From: Eledone cirrhosa
Taxonomy: Eukaryota
Assembly (NCBI GenBank): GCA_964016885.1
Contig: OZ024742.1
Location: forward strand, 123,380,001-123,444,000
Reading direction: 5' to 3'
DNA: 64,000 nucleotides
Positions within the stretch are counted from its first letter, which is position 1. Each line of letters opens with the position of its first letter. The notes beneath the pieces were generated by a model, which was not told where the DNA came from, ran no database searches, and was given only the letters and a program-made list of their open reading frames with translations. Position numbers and translations under genes: made by a program. Positions 12,070 through 24,835 of the stretch are shown piece by piece.

Positions 12070-14886
12070 TCATCATCATCATCATCAACGTTTAACGTCC
12101 GTGTTCCACGCTTGCATGGGTTTGGACGGGGGTAGTCCCACTTGAGGCAAGAGTGATTGTCTTGCTCGCATAGGACTGTCTGGCAGGTTTTCTACAGTTG
12201 GATGCCCTTCCTAACACCAACCACATTTACAGTGTGGGTCTGGGAGGTTTTTACCGTGTTGCCTACACGGCCACATTACAGCGTGGACTGTGTGTTTTTT
12301 TGTCGTGACACCTACACGATCTCATTTGTTTCGGCCTCGATGGCGCGGCACCAACATAACTTTACATAGAACGGGGTGGTGTGGATGGGGTAGGGGTGGG
12401 GGTGGTGGGACGGGGTGTATTTTGTTAGGGATGCCTACTGGCTGGAGTAGGTTTTACTATATATTTAGGTAAGGCGGGTCTTCTCTGTTACTGAGTACCG
12501 CCAAAGGTCTCGGTCCAGTGACATTGTCTTGGAGAGGTGTAAGTGTGTGATGTCGGAGTTTATCAGCTCGTCCCAGGTTTTTCTAGGTCTGCCTATTCCG
12601 TGACTACCGTCTATCTTTATTGCCCTGCACTTTGTTATACAGCTATCGACTTTCATGCGCATCACGTGTCCATACCAACGTAGCCTTCTCTCGAGTAAAC
12701 AACATCTGATCCCTCTTATCTCTAATTTTTTCCTTAGTTCGTTTATGCTTTGCCGTTCACGTATATTACTGTTACACATCCAGCGGAGCATGCAAGCTTC
12801 GTTCCTCTCTAGTCTGCGTATATCCTCTGCACACAATGCCCAGGTCTCACTGCCATGCAGCATTGCTGTTCGTATGCAGGCATCGTACAACCTGCCTTTC
12901 ATTTTTAGTGAGAACCCTTTAGCAGCTAATAGTGGTATAAGCTCTCTGAACTTTTTCCAACCAGTTCTGACTCTAGCTACAGTACTTTCAGAGCACCCTC
13001 CCCCACTGCTGATTTTATCGTCCAGGTAACGGAAGCTGTCCACTATTTCTATAGAACCCTCTGCGCAATTGAAAGAGCTAGTAGCTTGTGGGCACTTGCT
13101 GCTACTTATTGCACCAGAGCACCGGCCACATGTAAAATCTATGTTCTTAGTTAGCTTACCTGTGATCCCACTACATCTTTTATGCACCCATACTTTGCAT
13201 TTAGGACATAAAATGGAGTTTCTACCTACGCCTTTCCTACACACCGAGCACGACCATTTCCCAGAAGGGACCGCCGCCTTGTTTTCTTTCCTACAAACTA
13301 GTACTTTGGTCTTAGCCAGGTTAATTTTAAGTCCTTTTGACTCTAGGCCGTGCTTCCATGTTTGGAATTTCTTCTCTAGCTCGGCCATTGATTCCGCTAT
13401 GAGTGTCAGGTCGTCTGCGTATAGGAGTTCCCATGGGCAGCCTGTCTTGAACTCCTCTGTTATAGCCTGAAGGGCAATAATAAATAGTAGTGGGCTGAGA
13501 ACAGAGCCCTGATGGACGCCAACTTTTACGCTAAACTCTTCACTATATTCGTTGTTAATTCTAACCTTGCTGACTGTTTCTTTATACATGGCTTGTATAG
13601 CCCTCACAAGCCATTCGTCAACGCCTAGTTTTCTAAGAGCCCACCAGATAATGGAGCGGGGACTCTGTCGAAGGCTTTCTCCAAGTCGACAAAAGCTAAG
13701 TAGAGGGGTTTACCTTTAGCTAGGTACTTCTCCTGTAGTTGTCGTACTATGAAAAGAGCGTCTGTGGTACTTTTGCCTGACACAAACCCGAACTGCATTT
13801 CATCTAGGTCAATTCTCTCTCTGATTAGTTGCGCTATTACTTTTTCTGTGACCTTCATGACCTGGTCGATTAATTTAATGCCTCTATAGTTACTCCTATC
13901 TAGGGCGTCTCCTTTACCCTTATAACAGTTAACGATGATGCTGCTATGCCAGTCCTTCGGAACAACCCCATTCTGTACGACTTGGTTAACTATGCGGGTG
14001 ACCATGGTGTGTCCCACCGTGCCAGATGCCTTCAGCATCTCAGCAACTATTTCCGAAGGCCCAGCCGCCTTACCCGTCTTCATATCCTTGATTGCCTTAC
14101 TTATTATACTCCCCTCGACTAACACTGCTGGTCCCTCTATTGGGTCGATATGGGGGAGACTGCCTTTCTCCCAATTATTCTCCTCATTTAGTAGCCTTTC
14201 ATAGTGACACTTCCAAGCTACCTTCTTATCCGCGTCGGTGATGGCAAGTGTGCCATCGTCGTTTAGTACACACTTCTCCCCGACAATATCACGGTTTTCC
14301 TTGACGCATTGCCTAGCAATCCTGAACACCTCACGTTTTTGGTCATCGCGTTGTAGAACATGCTTGAACTTTCTTTCCTCAGCTTCCCTTCTTGCTAAGT
14401 ACACTTGTCTCCTAGCTTCCCTCCTGGCCACTTGATAGTCCTCTCTACTTCCCCCATCCCGCCATACTTTCCAAGCCTGCTTTTTGGCCTTAAATGACCC
14501 CTCCACCTTACTGTTCCACCACCATGTTACTCTCCTCCTGCCTACAGGCCTGCTCCAGCCACAGACTTCGTCTGTCGCCAACAGCAGGTTTGCTTTCAGA
14601 AATTCCCACTCTCCCTCTATATTGTCCGACTCTAAATGTTCTTCCTTACTGTCGAAAGCATCAAGTAATATGCTTTGAAATTTATTCCTGGCTGTGGGGT
14701 CCTTTAGCTTCCATATTTTCCTCCTGAGGATAGTCCTCTTCTGTTATCGAGTACGTCTCGTCCTGACTATGAGGTCGCTAATTATCAGTCTATGTTGGGA
14801 GGTGCATTCTTCATGGGGGAGGGATTTAGTGTTTACAACAGACACTCTGTCACGTCTTCTGGTAAGGATATATAATCTACCTGGCT
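12068..14886 (-). mobile_element. RTE-clade LINE, 5'-truncated and inactivated (end of APE endonuclease, RT, PHD-like finger, 3'UTR, (ATG)n tail)
   Basis: ORFs 13625-14581 and 12465-13607 carry [35 protein letters not shown] and YADD. The 5' end encodes SQVDYI..SQHRL (APE C-terminus). Frameshift near 13655 and stop near 14745. (TA)n on both sides. Confidence 0.97.
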
Positions 14887-14887
14887 T

Positions 14888-15286
14888 ATATATATATATA
14901 TACATACACACTCACACACACACACACACACACATACACACACATATGTATGTGTGTGTGATGTGTGTGTGTGCCTATATACTTATATGTATGAACTACC
15001 ATAGCACCCATGAAAAATGATCTGTCTTACAGTGGAAATAATTTAAGTTAATAATTTTGATTACAACTTTCCATGTATGGATGTTTGAATCCTCAATTTT
15101 CCTTATCATTGTGGTTATCACTGTATTTCATTTTACATTTATTTACATTCATTTAAATTTATTACAGTATTTTTCTCCTATAGTTTCTTTAATCATTCTT
15201 AAACATATATCTACTAAATTCTAATGACTTTTTATCTATTTGTCTATCCATCTTTCTAGCTATCATCAGATTGCTACTGTGACATG
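14888..15286 (-). repeat. Right arm of the ~370-bp inverted duplication
   Basis: Reverse complement of 11657-12020; bounded by (TA)n at both ends. Confidence 0.95.
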
Positions 15287-15302
15287 TATATATATATATA
15301 TA

Positions 15303-15339
<37 letters not shown>

Positions 15340-15346
<7 letters not shown>

Positions 15347-15763
15347 AATAACAGGAGGCTTACGCCCCCTCACCAGATGGTCAGAAGTAGACTTAATAAT
15401 CAACACTCAAGGGCGATCGACTCAGGTAGAAGCTGCTAAATAGTCGGTCGTCCTCTTGTCTCTGATTTTCAGCTCCGTGGATTTCATCTGTTATATTCCT
15501 TTGTTATATTTCGAATACCTGATGATATCACCGGATTCATACTGAACCCGGTCATTGAAATGATCATAGTATAATAAACCTTTCAAGGATTTACACCAGT
15601 CCAGCCTCCTGTTATTTTATAATAATTAATTCCGTACTCGCACCACCAACTACACAAACGAAGACGGGTGAGTTGCATTACGTTGAGTACTCTCCATAAT
15701 ATTACATCGAGATTGACCATACGGACTGACCAGTTCTATCCAGTGGTGAACTAACTAACCTAA

Positions 15764-15766
<3 letters not shown>
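15340..15766 (+). mobile_element. Mini Penelope-like element with an inverted 5' copy and a hammerhead
   Basis: Perfect 21-bp inverted repeat 15340-15360 / 15603-15623, hammerhead at 15515-15572, 3' extension, (TA)n on both sides. Confidence 0.75.
15515..15572 (+). ncRNA. Type I hammerhead ribozyme
   Basis: atac-CTGATGA-tatcaccgg...ccggtcatt-GAAA-TGATCA-TA-gtat. Palindromic stem III ATGATCAT; predicted cleavage after AUA at 15568. Confidence 0.8.
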
Positions 15767-15821
<55 letters not shown>

Positions 15822-16267
15822 ATATATATGTAGTGGCTGCTAGCCACCCTTTCCTTTCACTAGGGGTATTATTACCTGATTTTCTAATTATAGAATACTG
15901 TGTTTGGATTTCAATGTTTCGAATATATATTATGCTTATATATATATATTCTTCCACACACCTCTTTCTCTCACTCTGCCTGGTGAAGGACTAATGTCCA
16001 ATACAGTGGAACATTGCTTTTACTTTTTCAACAAACATGAAACTAATAAGACTGTATGTAATTTTATCTCTGTTTGTCTGTTTCAATCTTGAACTACATA
16101 TATGTAATGTGTGGATGTGTGTGTTTCATTTGTATGTTTATATTTGTATAAAGGAGATACATAATATATTTCAGATAAGTTTAATAGATTTAAATTGCAT
16201 TTTTTCTTAATGCACAAAATATATATTTAAGGTAAAGATGCCATATTCACATACACAGTATATTTTC

Positions 16268-16341
<74 letters not shown>

Positions 16342-16581
16342 AGAGATAGAGAGAGAGTGAGAGAGAGAGTCAGATAGAGAGTGAGAGAAAGAGACAGAGA
16401 GAGAGTGAGAGAGAGACATGTGAATACACGCACACACACATTCTCATTCAAGATATTTTACAAATAATAGAAACAGTTTGTGAAAGATATTTCTAAATAT
16501 TACAGACCTTATGTAAAGCAAGTATCTTTTTTCTTTTCTACTTCTACTTCCACTTCCACTTCTTCTTCTTCTTCTAATTAC

Positions 16582-16621
<40 letters not shown>

Positions 16622-17049
16622 ATTATTATTATTAGATGGAAAATATGATTCTATTTTAGAAATAATAAATATTTGATGCAGAAAATTCTGAAGAATTATA
16701 AATTGAAATATTTCCTAGACACTATATGTTTTAGACAGATTTGTGTATTTGGGGAGTTATTATGTTACATGTTAAGGGAAATGAAATGTAAATGAAATGA
16801 AGAATGATACAAAACTAGCAGCAGTTGTGTAAATAGCACATCTTATAATCTTTCATAGTTTTGTTTTTTATGTATAAACAAATAGATATTCATACAATTC
16901 TTTCATTAGGTGAAACCTTTCAGTTGTATCTCTAACTTACCATATATAAGGATCCCATAACTCCTTATGGAGTCATAGAGGCACCATCAAACAGCCTGTC
17001 TAGGGCACTTTTAAAACTGGCGGAGCCCAACTCTCTCCAGGTCTCAACA

Positions 17050-17190
17050 CAGCTGATTATTTTTATAGAGGAAGAAATTGACCCCAGTACTCGACTGGTA
17101 CTTTTTTTTATCGACCTCGAAAGGATGAAAGGTAAAGTTGACCACAGCAGGATTTGAACGCAAAGTGTGCAATGATGGTAAAATGGTGGG
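17050..17190 (-). mobile_element. SINE family A, partial
   Basis: Reverse complement of gttcaaatcc...gtcaacttt.cctttcatcctttcgaggtcgataaaa..agtaccag. Confidence 0.8.
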
Positions 17191-18146
17191 GTTTCCATTT
17201 AAGGAAAATATTTTGCCGAATTTGACCAACTACAAATTCTTTGTAAATAATGTGCAAAAATATCTGGAGTGATTATTTGAAACACTGAAACACTGTTTTT
17301 CATTATTTACTTCTTCGTTCGTGTTATTTATACATTCCCTTGAAAATATTTTCAACAAATGTTTATAATTTGAACTTTTTAATACATATCTCATACACAT
17401 ACACACATGCACACACATACATGCATGCACACATATACACATTCACATGCATAATTTTTACACTCAAACTTGTTTCCTTGTTAAATATTTCCATTCATTA
17501 TCATCGTCTTTGCACCGTCTTTTCTGTGCTTGAGTAGTTTAGACAAGATCTTTTGTAGCAGGGTTTCTACAACTATATACCCTTCATTCCATAATTAGAG
17601 TTGCTGAAAGTGTAACACTCAGGTACATGTTGTGATAAGCAGAATAATATAAATGTCATAGAGTATAAACATAATAATTTGGTTATAAAGGGTAGACTGA
17701 GATTTTGGAGAGAATTTTTTTAAGCAGAGCATGAAACAACATACAGGCTTTTTCATTGGTTCTAGTATTATATTGATTGGTCTGTAATATCTTAGTTAAT
17801 ATCGCTGTTTTTTAGCCTCAGGTGAACCTTGATCAAGCAGATCTGTTATCAAAGATATTCTAGCACTGACCATTCCAACTTTTAAGAGTATAGAGTTTTA
17901 TCTGATCTAATATGTCCTTTATTGAGAGAGTTTTGACAGCTATCTCTCAACAGATTGCGTGACCATGTAGAGACTCCTTCATTGTATGGATACATAATGA
18001 GTGTGTAAATGTATGAGTAAATGAGTGTGTGTGTAAATGAGTGTGTGTGTAAGTGGCTATATGTGTATAAATATTGCCTACCGTTGTCTACAGTAAACAG
18101 TTGAAAATTCAGAAGGCCTGAGTCTTTGTTGCATGCATTATCGTAA

Positions 18147-18330
18147 GGCGGTGGATTGGCAGTATCGGTAGAGGGTCGGACGCCATGCTTTCCAGCATAG
18201 TTACGTCCCTTTACGATCTGAGTTCAAATCCCGCCGAGGTTGACTTTGCCTTTCATCCTTACGGGGTCGATAAAATAAAGTACCAGTAATGCACTGGATA
18301 ATTGCTGGCCTTGTGCCTAAAGTAGAAACA
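18147..18330 (+). mobile_element. tRNA-derived SINE family A, full length with TSD
   Basis: A-box-like TGGCAGTATCGG and B-box GAGTTCAAATC; exact 10-bp TSD ATTATCGTAA at 18137-18146 and 18331-18340; near-identical to 48311-48493. Confidence 0.93.
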
Positions 18331-18679
18331 ATTATCGTAATAAATGTTTGTTTTTGTGAGCTTTTTAGAGGTATGCAACACTGGTATAGAATAGAGCAAA
18401 TTATCTATACACTAGGAACCAGACCTGAATACTTGCAACAGAGTGAATTCTGCTAAAGTTGCACAGTGGTCATGTTAAACTGGTAACAAACCCAGGCTAG
18501 ATAAGAAATGTAGGCCTTCTAAAGCATATATACAGTATCCTCCACCCTTCCATATACACTGCCATGAGGACAGGCTGAAGTAAATGCATCTATTTAAGCC
18601 CCCAGTGAAGGTGCTAAATATCTGGAGTGATTATTTTACAATGAAACTCACATATACATGCCAGCTGTTTTTCTTTGCT

Positions 18680-19070
18680 TCTTCTTATTTGCCAACTTAT
18701 TCCTGAGAGGGATGTGGAAGCAGAGTCCTCAAACATTCCTTCCAATGGGTCCTGTCAGAATCAACCCTCTCCAACAGATCTGGTTGGATTCCCAATTGAG
18801 ACCAGCCAAGCTCATGGATATTATCCAACCATCTTGCTCGGCATCCACCCCTAGGTCTCCTACTGGTTGATTTTGCCTGTAAAATCTGCCCATTGATAAT
18901 TTCCTGCGATATTCTAACCACATGCCAATATTATCAGAGTTGTGATCTCTCTGATCTCTGAACTACATACCCTATCAAGTAACATTACACCAAAGACTCT
19001 TCAGAGGGACCTCATTTTGGCCTTTGTATTCACGATTGTATTCTTTTGATCATTACCAAAGATTCATAAC
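18680..19070 (-). mobile_element. Old RTE-clade LINE 3' fragment (family B)
   Basis: ORF VRISQE..QILQAKSTSRRPRG.CRARWLDNIHELGWSQLGIQPDLLE, an RTE C-terminus. Confidence 0.8.
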
Positions 19071-21254
19071 AGATGAAATGGTAAAAAATCATTACGTAAT
19101 ATAGATGTAAAAAAAACAACTAGACTCTAAATGAGACTTAAAATAATTTAAATATAAAAATACTAAAGCATCAAAAACAAATTCTCCACTCATGAGAATT
19201 TCAAAACTGTGCCATCTAAATATTTGCTGATTGGTTGCCTCATTTTATAAATGGGGTTTGGATTTTTGCTCATTTCTTAGACATAATATGGGGTATATAA
19301 TTTATATACCCATAATATAGGGTATATAATTTATATAATGTCTTTAGAAGTAACAACAGAGTAAAACAACTTGAACCTTTTATAACAGTCAAATCAGGCC
19401 AAATGGATTGCCTGTCCCTACACCTGTTCTGCTGGCCTGACTGTGTGGAAATAAAAATAGATGGAATATACGCTAGTGTGCTGTGAGTAGAATCCATGAT
19501 TAATGTAGGCTTTCTAGGAAATGACTTTAATATATGCTGAAGAAAACTTATCCTCATCCTTGGCAAAAGAACAGCTATCTGAAAGTGGTTAACTGCACAA
19601 CACAAGGTCAACCTAATTATTGTGAGAAAAAGTCATTAAATTGTAAAATAAAAATACACTTTAATGATTGTATTAATTTAAAGATGATTTAATACATACC
19701 ATTAAAAAATAGATAATTTTCAAAAATTATGGGTGATGATATTTGGCACTTGATTCTCTTATGATTGAAATAAACATTATCTTTTGTTTTTGAAATTATT
19801 TTTCTGTTATCTAGAAGATAATTGTTTATGACTTCTAGATGTGTCTGTAATTTTGTTTCTCCCAGTAGATTTTCCATACAAACTAAAAACAAAAAAAAAC
19901 AAAAAAATAAAACTATTGGAAAACAATATATATAATCGGTAAAATTCATTTATTTACCCCCACCATCACCTTACTATAACTTACATTCTTTTATATTTGC
20001 CTCAATAAAGATACTATTAAACTAAAATAGAGACAATTCCATTTTATAGTTGTTGAGATTTTTTAAAGGAAATTAAGAAAATGGACATTACATTAGTTTA
20101 CAAATATATATTTCATTTAAAGATGTTTTAATTAAGTTTTTTTTTCTTCAAATCAAAAATTAAAACAAGAAAAAATACTAAAAAAAAGTAACTGCAATTG
20201 ACAACAAAAGTATTTAGAAACCATTCAAATAGTTTTGATGTAAAAATGTAAGTATACATATTCACCATTCCCTGTCACCTCCATTGCTACTGTTGTCTCT
20301 TTCTCTCTTTCTTTCTCTCACTCTCCCCTATTTCTTTTTCACTTCCAACAGTCTCTCTCATTTCACGTCCCTCTCTCTCTCACTTCACATTCCTTTCTCT
20401 TTCCTCCTCTCACTTTTCCCTCTTACCCCCCCCCCCCCATCTCTTGCTTTAAAATTCATTTGTATTTTATGTTTAAATGTTGCTCAAGTGGGGGCAGGCA
20501 GATTCGATCATCTTAGTAAACCCCACCTCAGTCACAGTGGTTGTTTTTTGTATTGCAGCTCACTTAATTTCCTGAAAGTGAGCACTGAATTGTAACAATT
20601 TCTTTTGTCATGGCAATTCAATGTTTTTTGTCCTCCCTGCATCATTTCTTTAGAGTTTCTTTTTATAACTTTTTTAATTTCATTTTGTTTTGTATATGTT
20701 ATTTTTCGTTTCTGTTGCTCTATGTAACTGTATTCTAGTGAAGAGACTATGTGCGTGTACAGTCAGATGAGAGCATTCAATAGTTTGCTTTTTTGGGATT
20801 CAAAATACAAGTGAGGAGAGGGACAATGAGAGGGAAGGTTGCAATGAAAGAGAGGCAGGCCAAAATGTGTAGAAGAAAGTATAAATAAAACGTAGTTTAT
20901 AGAGTGAGTAATTATATAAACAAAGTTAGAAGAGATAGCAAATTGTGAAGTAGAATTGGGAGTTAGTGGGGAAAAACAATAAAGTTAGAGAGAACAATAG
21001 GCTTCACTTTATGTACCATTGTAAATGGGATGGGAATAGGAATATTGAAACAGAAATATTTATACTGAAATAATCATGTAAAATACTTATATATGGTATG
21101 GTCCTGTAACTCCTAGTGGCATGCAACATTTCTTGGGCATTTAAAGCTTGGCAGAGCCCATCCCCCCCCCCCCCTCCTCTCCAGTTGTAAATACAACAAA
21201 TGTCTTCCAGAGAAGGATAGAAAATGAGAGAGAAGAATGAAGAAAAAATTAAGA

Positions 21255-21385
21255 ATTGACCCTAATATTAGACTGGTACTTTTTTTATATGAAACTTGAA
21301 AGGACGAAAGGCAAAGTTGACCTCAGTAGGATTTGAACTCAGAGCAGCTAGGTGGAATGAATACTGCAAACATTCTATCTAATGG
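21255..21385 (-). mobile_element. SINE family A, partial
   Basis: gaaaggcaaagttgacctcagtaggatttgaactcaga core. Confidence 0.75.
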
Positions 21386-21559
21386 TCTATGTACATTATA
21401 TAGAGTTTATGCCTACTTTGTGTTTATATATATATGAAAGAAGACCTGATCAAATCAGCACCTATCTTCTTTCCCTTTATTTGCTAAGTTCACTCTCAAC
21501 TCTTTTGATTCTATGTTCTGTTTACACAGCCAGGATTTATTTTCTAGTTCTTACACAGA

Positions 21560-21833
21560 TTCAGCTATGAGGACCAGCTCATCAGCATATAAAGGTTAAA
21601 ATGGACAGCCAGTCTTAAACTCCGCTGATATGGCCTAGACGACTATAATAAACAGAAGTGGGCTAGGAACTGACCTCTGATGCACTCCTATCTGTACTTT
21701 GAATTCCTTACTAAACTCATTTCCTACTTTCACTATACTGACAGCTACTCTGTAAATTGCTTGCATTGCTTTCACACTCCACTCTTCTACACCTAGTTTT
21801 TTAATGACGATTAGATCAACAAAAGCTAGATAT
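21560..21833 (-). mobile_element. RTE RT-domain internal fragment
   Basis: Translates YLAFVDL..., [47 protein letters not shown]. Confidence 0.88.
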
Positions 21834-22073
21834 ATGAAGGATTATTCTTAACTAGGAACTTCTCTAGTAGTTGTTTCACTAAAAATAAGGCATGTATGGG
21901 GCTCCTGTCTGGCATAAAACCTGACTCTAAACACTAGATAATTTCTAAGTAAAGTATGGTAGTGTGTTCTCTGTTCATGTGAACAAATATCACTACTTGC
22001 AATGTTGAAGTGAACTGAAGCAAAAAGAGGCAAATACACTGACTCACACACAGACATGCACACATATATGTGA

Positions 22074-22220
22074 TGGGCTTCCTTACAGTTTACATCTAAA
22101 TTTATTCACAAGACATTGATGAACTAAACATGATAATAGAATACACTTGCCCAATAAGCCATGCAGTAGGATAAAAACCAAAACCATGTGTCTACAAAGC
22201 AAACTTCTCAACCTCACAGT
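22074..22220 (-). mobile_element. tRNA-derived SINE family B (ttgggcaagtgtcttctactatagcc core)
   Basis: Homologous to 34264-34425, 52185-52340, 52992-53135 and 57820-57950. Confidence 0.7.
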
Positions 22221-22896
22221 CTAGATGAAACTTTAACTTTTAACATTCTGTAATAATTTAGCAGAAAATATGTAAAAAGAGTTTAGTTAATTTAAATAGT
22301 TGTAGTATCTTAACTGTTGGGTAGATTGTTGTGAAAATTTGCAGTAAACCAAAGTAAAGTCTTTAATTTTTAATGTGATACTTAGTGTTGTTTTGTACTT
22401 TTCAATAATGTTTCACTAATGTTGTTTCATGTGGTACAGGACATTAAAAGTTAATCTCATTTCACAATATCTCTTAGAAGACTGCTGATGATTGGAACAA
22501 CATCATAAATTTATAGACAAATATCCATCAATTGAACTAAAACATAGTTAACCTCTTACCAAAATTAGAAACCACAATAAAATCAGACATTTGCTAAAGT
22601 CAAATAAATAGGTTGATGATCAATATTAATTTTACATCAGCAATTATTAGATACAACTCAAGACAAGTATGTTTGTAACTTGAAATCTTCAGCTGGGATC
22701 ACAGACATAAAGTATTGGTAATGTAATTACTTTATTAAACATTCCTACATTAATGTTTATTGGTTTATTGTGAGAGAATACGAAAAAAATTGGATTAGTC
22801 TCAGAAGCCATCTCTATGATAGTTAAGAGTTAAGTGAGTGAAATCATATTTAAAGTTCAGAACACCAAAAATTGCAAATATATAAAAGATTGTATT

Positions 22897-23151
22897 CAGT
22901 GTTTCGTTTGAAAGCTACAATGAGAATAGAACAGTAAATACCACAAATATAGTAACCACGGTGTTTGTAGTTACCTTGCAGTTCTTTATAGGTTCTTATA
23001 TTTCAGGATAAAATCCCTTCATCAATAGATTGATAAAAGAAACTCGTTCAGAGGTGTATATTTTTTGTTGTTCTTCAGCTGCCATTATTTTCTCATATTG
23101 TTAATATTTACTGTCCAAATCACATTGTGGTAGCTTTCCAACGAACTACTA
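22897..23151. mobile_element. MITE-like element with ~45-bp imperfect terminal inverted repeats
   Basis: ttcgtttgaaagctacaatgagaatagaacagtaaata (22903-22940) versus the reverse complement of 23105-23145; TSD unclear. Confidence 0.6.
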
Positions 23152-23156
23152 TATAT

Positions 23157-23205
23157 CATCATCATCATCATTTTAACGTCTGCTATCCCTGCTAGCAACG
23201 ATCGG

Positions 23206-23207
<2 letters not shown>
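23157..23207 (-). mobile_element. Ultra-short RTE 3' tail inside (TA)n
   Basis: (CAT)n-tttaacgtctgctatccctgctagcaacgatcggac. Confidence 0.7.
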
Positions 23208-23246
<39 letters not shown>

Positions 23247-23343
23247 CACCACTTCCACTGGACCAGTTGGGCAGGGTACTTTTTGTCATGACACCAGCAC
23301 AGTGGGAGAACAAGTGACATGAGTGTGTATGCATATATATATA

Positions 23344-23437
<94 letters not shown>

Positions 23438-24039
23438 ATATATATATATAAATGCCTGTTCTTGAGTGATTTGTGATGATATTTTACTAATAATTTATTC
23501 TTTTAATAAACTCTGATGATCCTAGTGTTTGTAATGATTAACAGCAAATTGTTGAATAAAATAATTTGCTGTTAAATGTACATTCTTATAGTAAAAAACA
23601 TCTAGTTGGTTTTATCTTGTGTAATGGTGGCTTCATACACTATTGACTTCACACAGCATCTTTGTTGTAGACTGTAGTCCTTTTTTACTCTGCATGAGCA
23701 TACCATGTTATCTTTGACTTCATGAGAGATGTGCAAGAATAGCTGATTTTCATCTAAGAATTTATCTAGGAAAGGGTTTTTGAGGAGAGGACAAAGAATT
23801 GTAATGAGTCGAGGGAAGCTGTGTGAAAAATGACCTGTCTGATCTATGCAAGCATGAAAATGTTGATAATGATGATAATTATATACATAATAGTAATGCC
23901 TCAGCATGGCCTCAACCAGAAGACAGGAACAGTTAAAAGATATCCTCATCATCTTAACATCTGCTTGCAACACCAGTGATTATGATAATTATATATATAT
24001 GAAGCAGTTCTAGTTCTGTAGAAGCCATTTCTTTATTAA

Positions 24040-24071
<32 letters not shown>

Positions 24072-24379
24072 ATGTATACATATCATTGTCATCATCATTT
24101 AATATATGCTTTCCCTACATGTATAATCTCATATAATCAGTGAATCATACTTATCTCAGTTATCTAGATTCAGAAGTGAATGGTAGATTTATAAATAGAG
24201 AAAAATGTATCTACTCTGATTAAGAATATCAACAGTACAGCGCATTGAAAATAAATCAGATGATACCCCATCTAATACCTCAAGAAACTGAATCTGGGAT
24301 CTAGACCCAAACATGCCAATAGATTTCAACAAGAACACTCTTATCTACATCATTCTTCTTGCTTTTCTTCATCATCATA

Positions 24380-24835
24380 ATTTATTTATCTAAGTAGAAA
24401 GCTTGCCAAACAATGTGTTGAGAGGACAGTTTAGTCATGTCAAGACCATGACAACCTCCTTTGTGTTGGTGATCTACATGATATATGCACCCAGTACATG
24501 TAAAATGGTTTATGATAGTAATGGCATCCAGGCATAGAAAACTTACCAAACAAAGGTTTGGGAGGGCTTTTATGTTGTGTCAAAGATATGACAGCCTCTC
24601 TAAAGTTGGTGATTGACACACTCAGTACATGTAAAGTGGTTGGTGATAGGAAGGGCATCCAGCCATAGAAATCTAGCCCCCAAAAAAGGTTGGGAGACCC
24701 TTCAGCTGTGTCAAAACATGACAACCTCTCCTGTGCATACAGGAGAATGTGAGATATAAGAGAGGTGCAGATCTATGCTTCAGTACTGACTTGGCCCTTG
24801 CTAACAGATGATGATGATGATGATGATGATGATGG
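24380..24835 (+). mobile_element. RTE-tailed non-autonomous element with ~125-bp internal tandem modules
   Basis: Repeated module atgacaacctc...gtaaagtggttggtgataggaagggcatccagccatagaaa; ends in (GAT)n; homologous to 31800-32290. Confidence 0.75.

Noticed and set aside
12655-14727. Plus-strand ORFs over the RTE (and minus-strand ORFs at 61925-63040)
   Set aside because: Antisense shadows of the RT frame.
16951-17040. Apparent 90-nt plus-strand exon (DPITPYGVIEAP…)
   Set aside because: Weak donor; the minus strand reads as a decayed RTE C-terminus and tail (TWRELG…ALDR).
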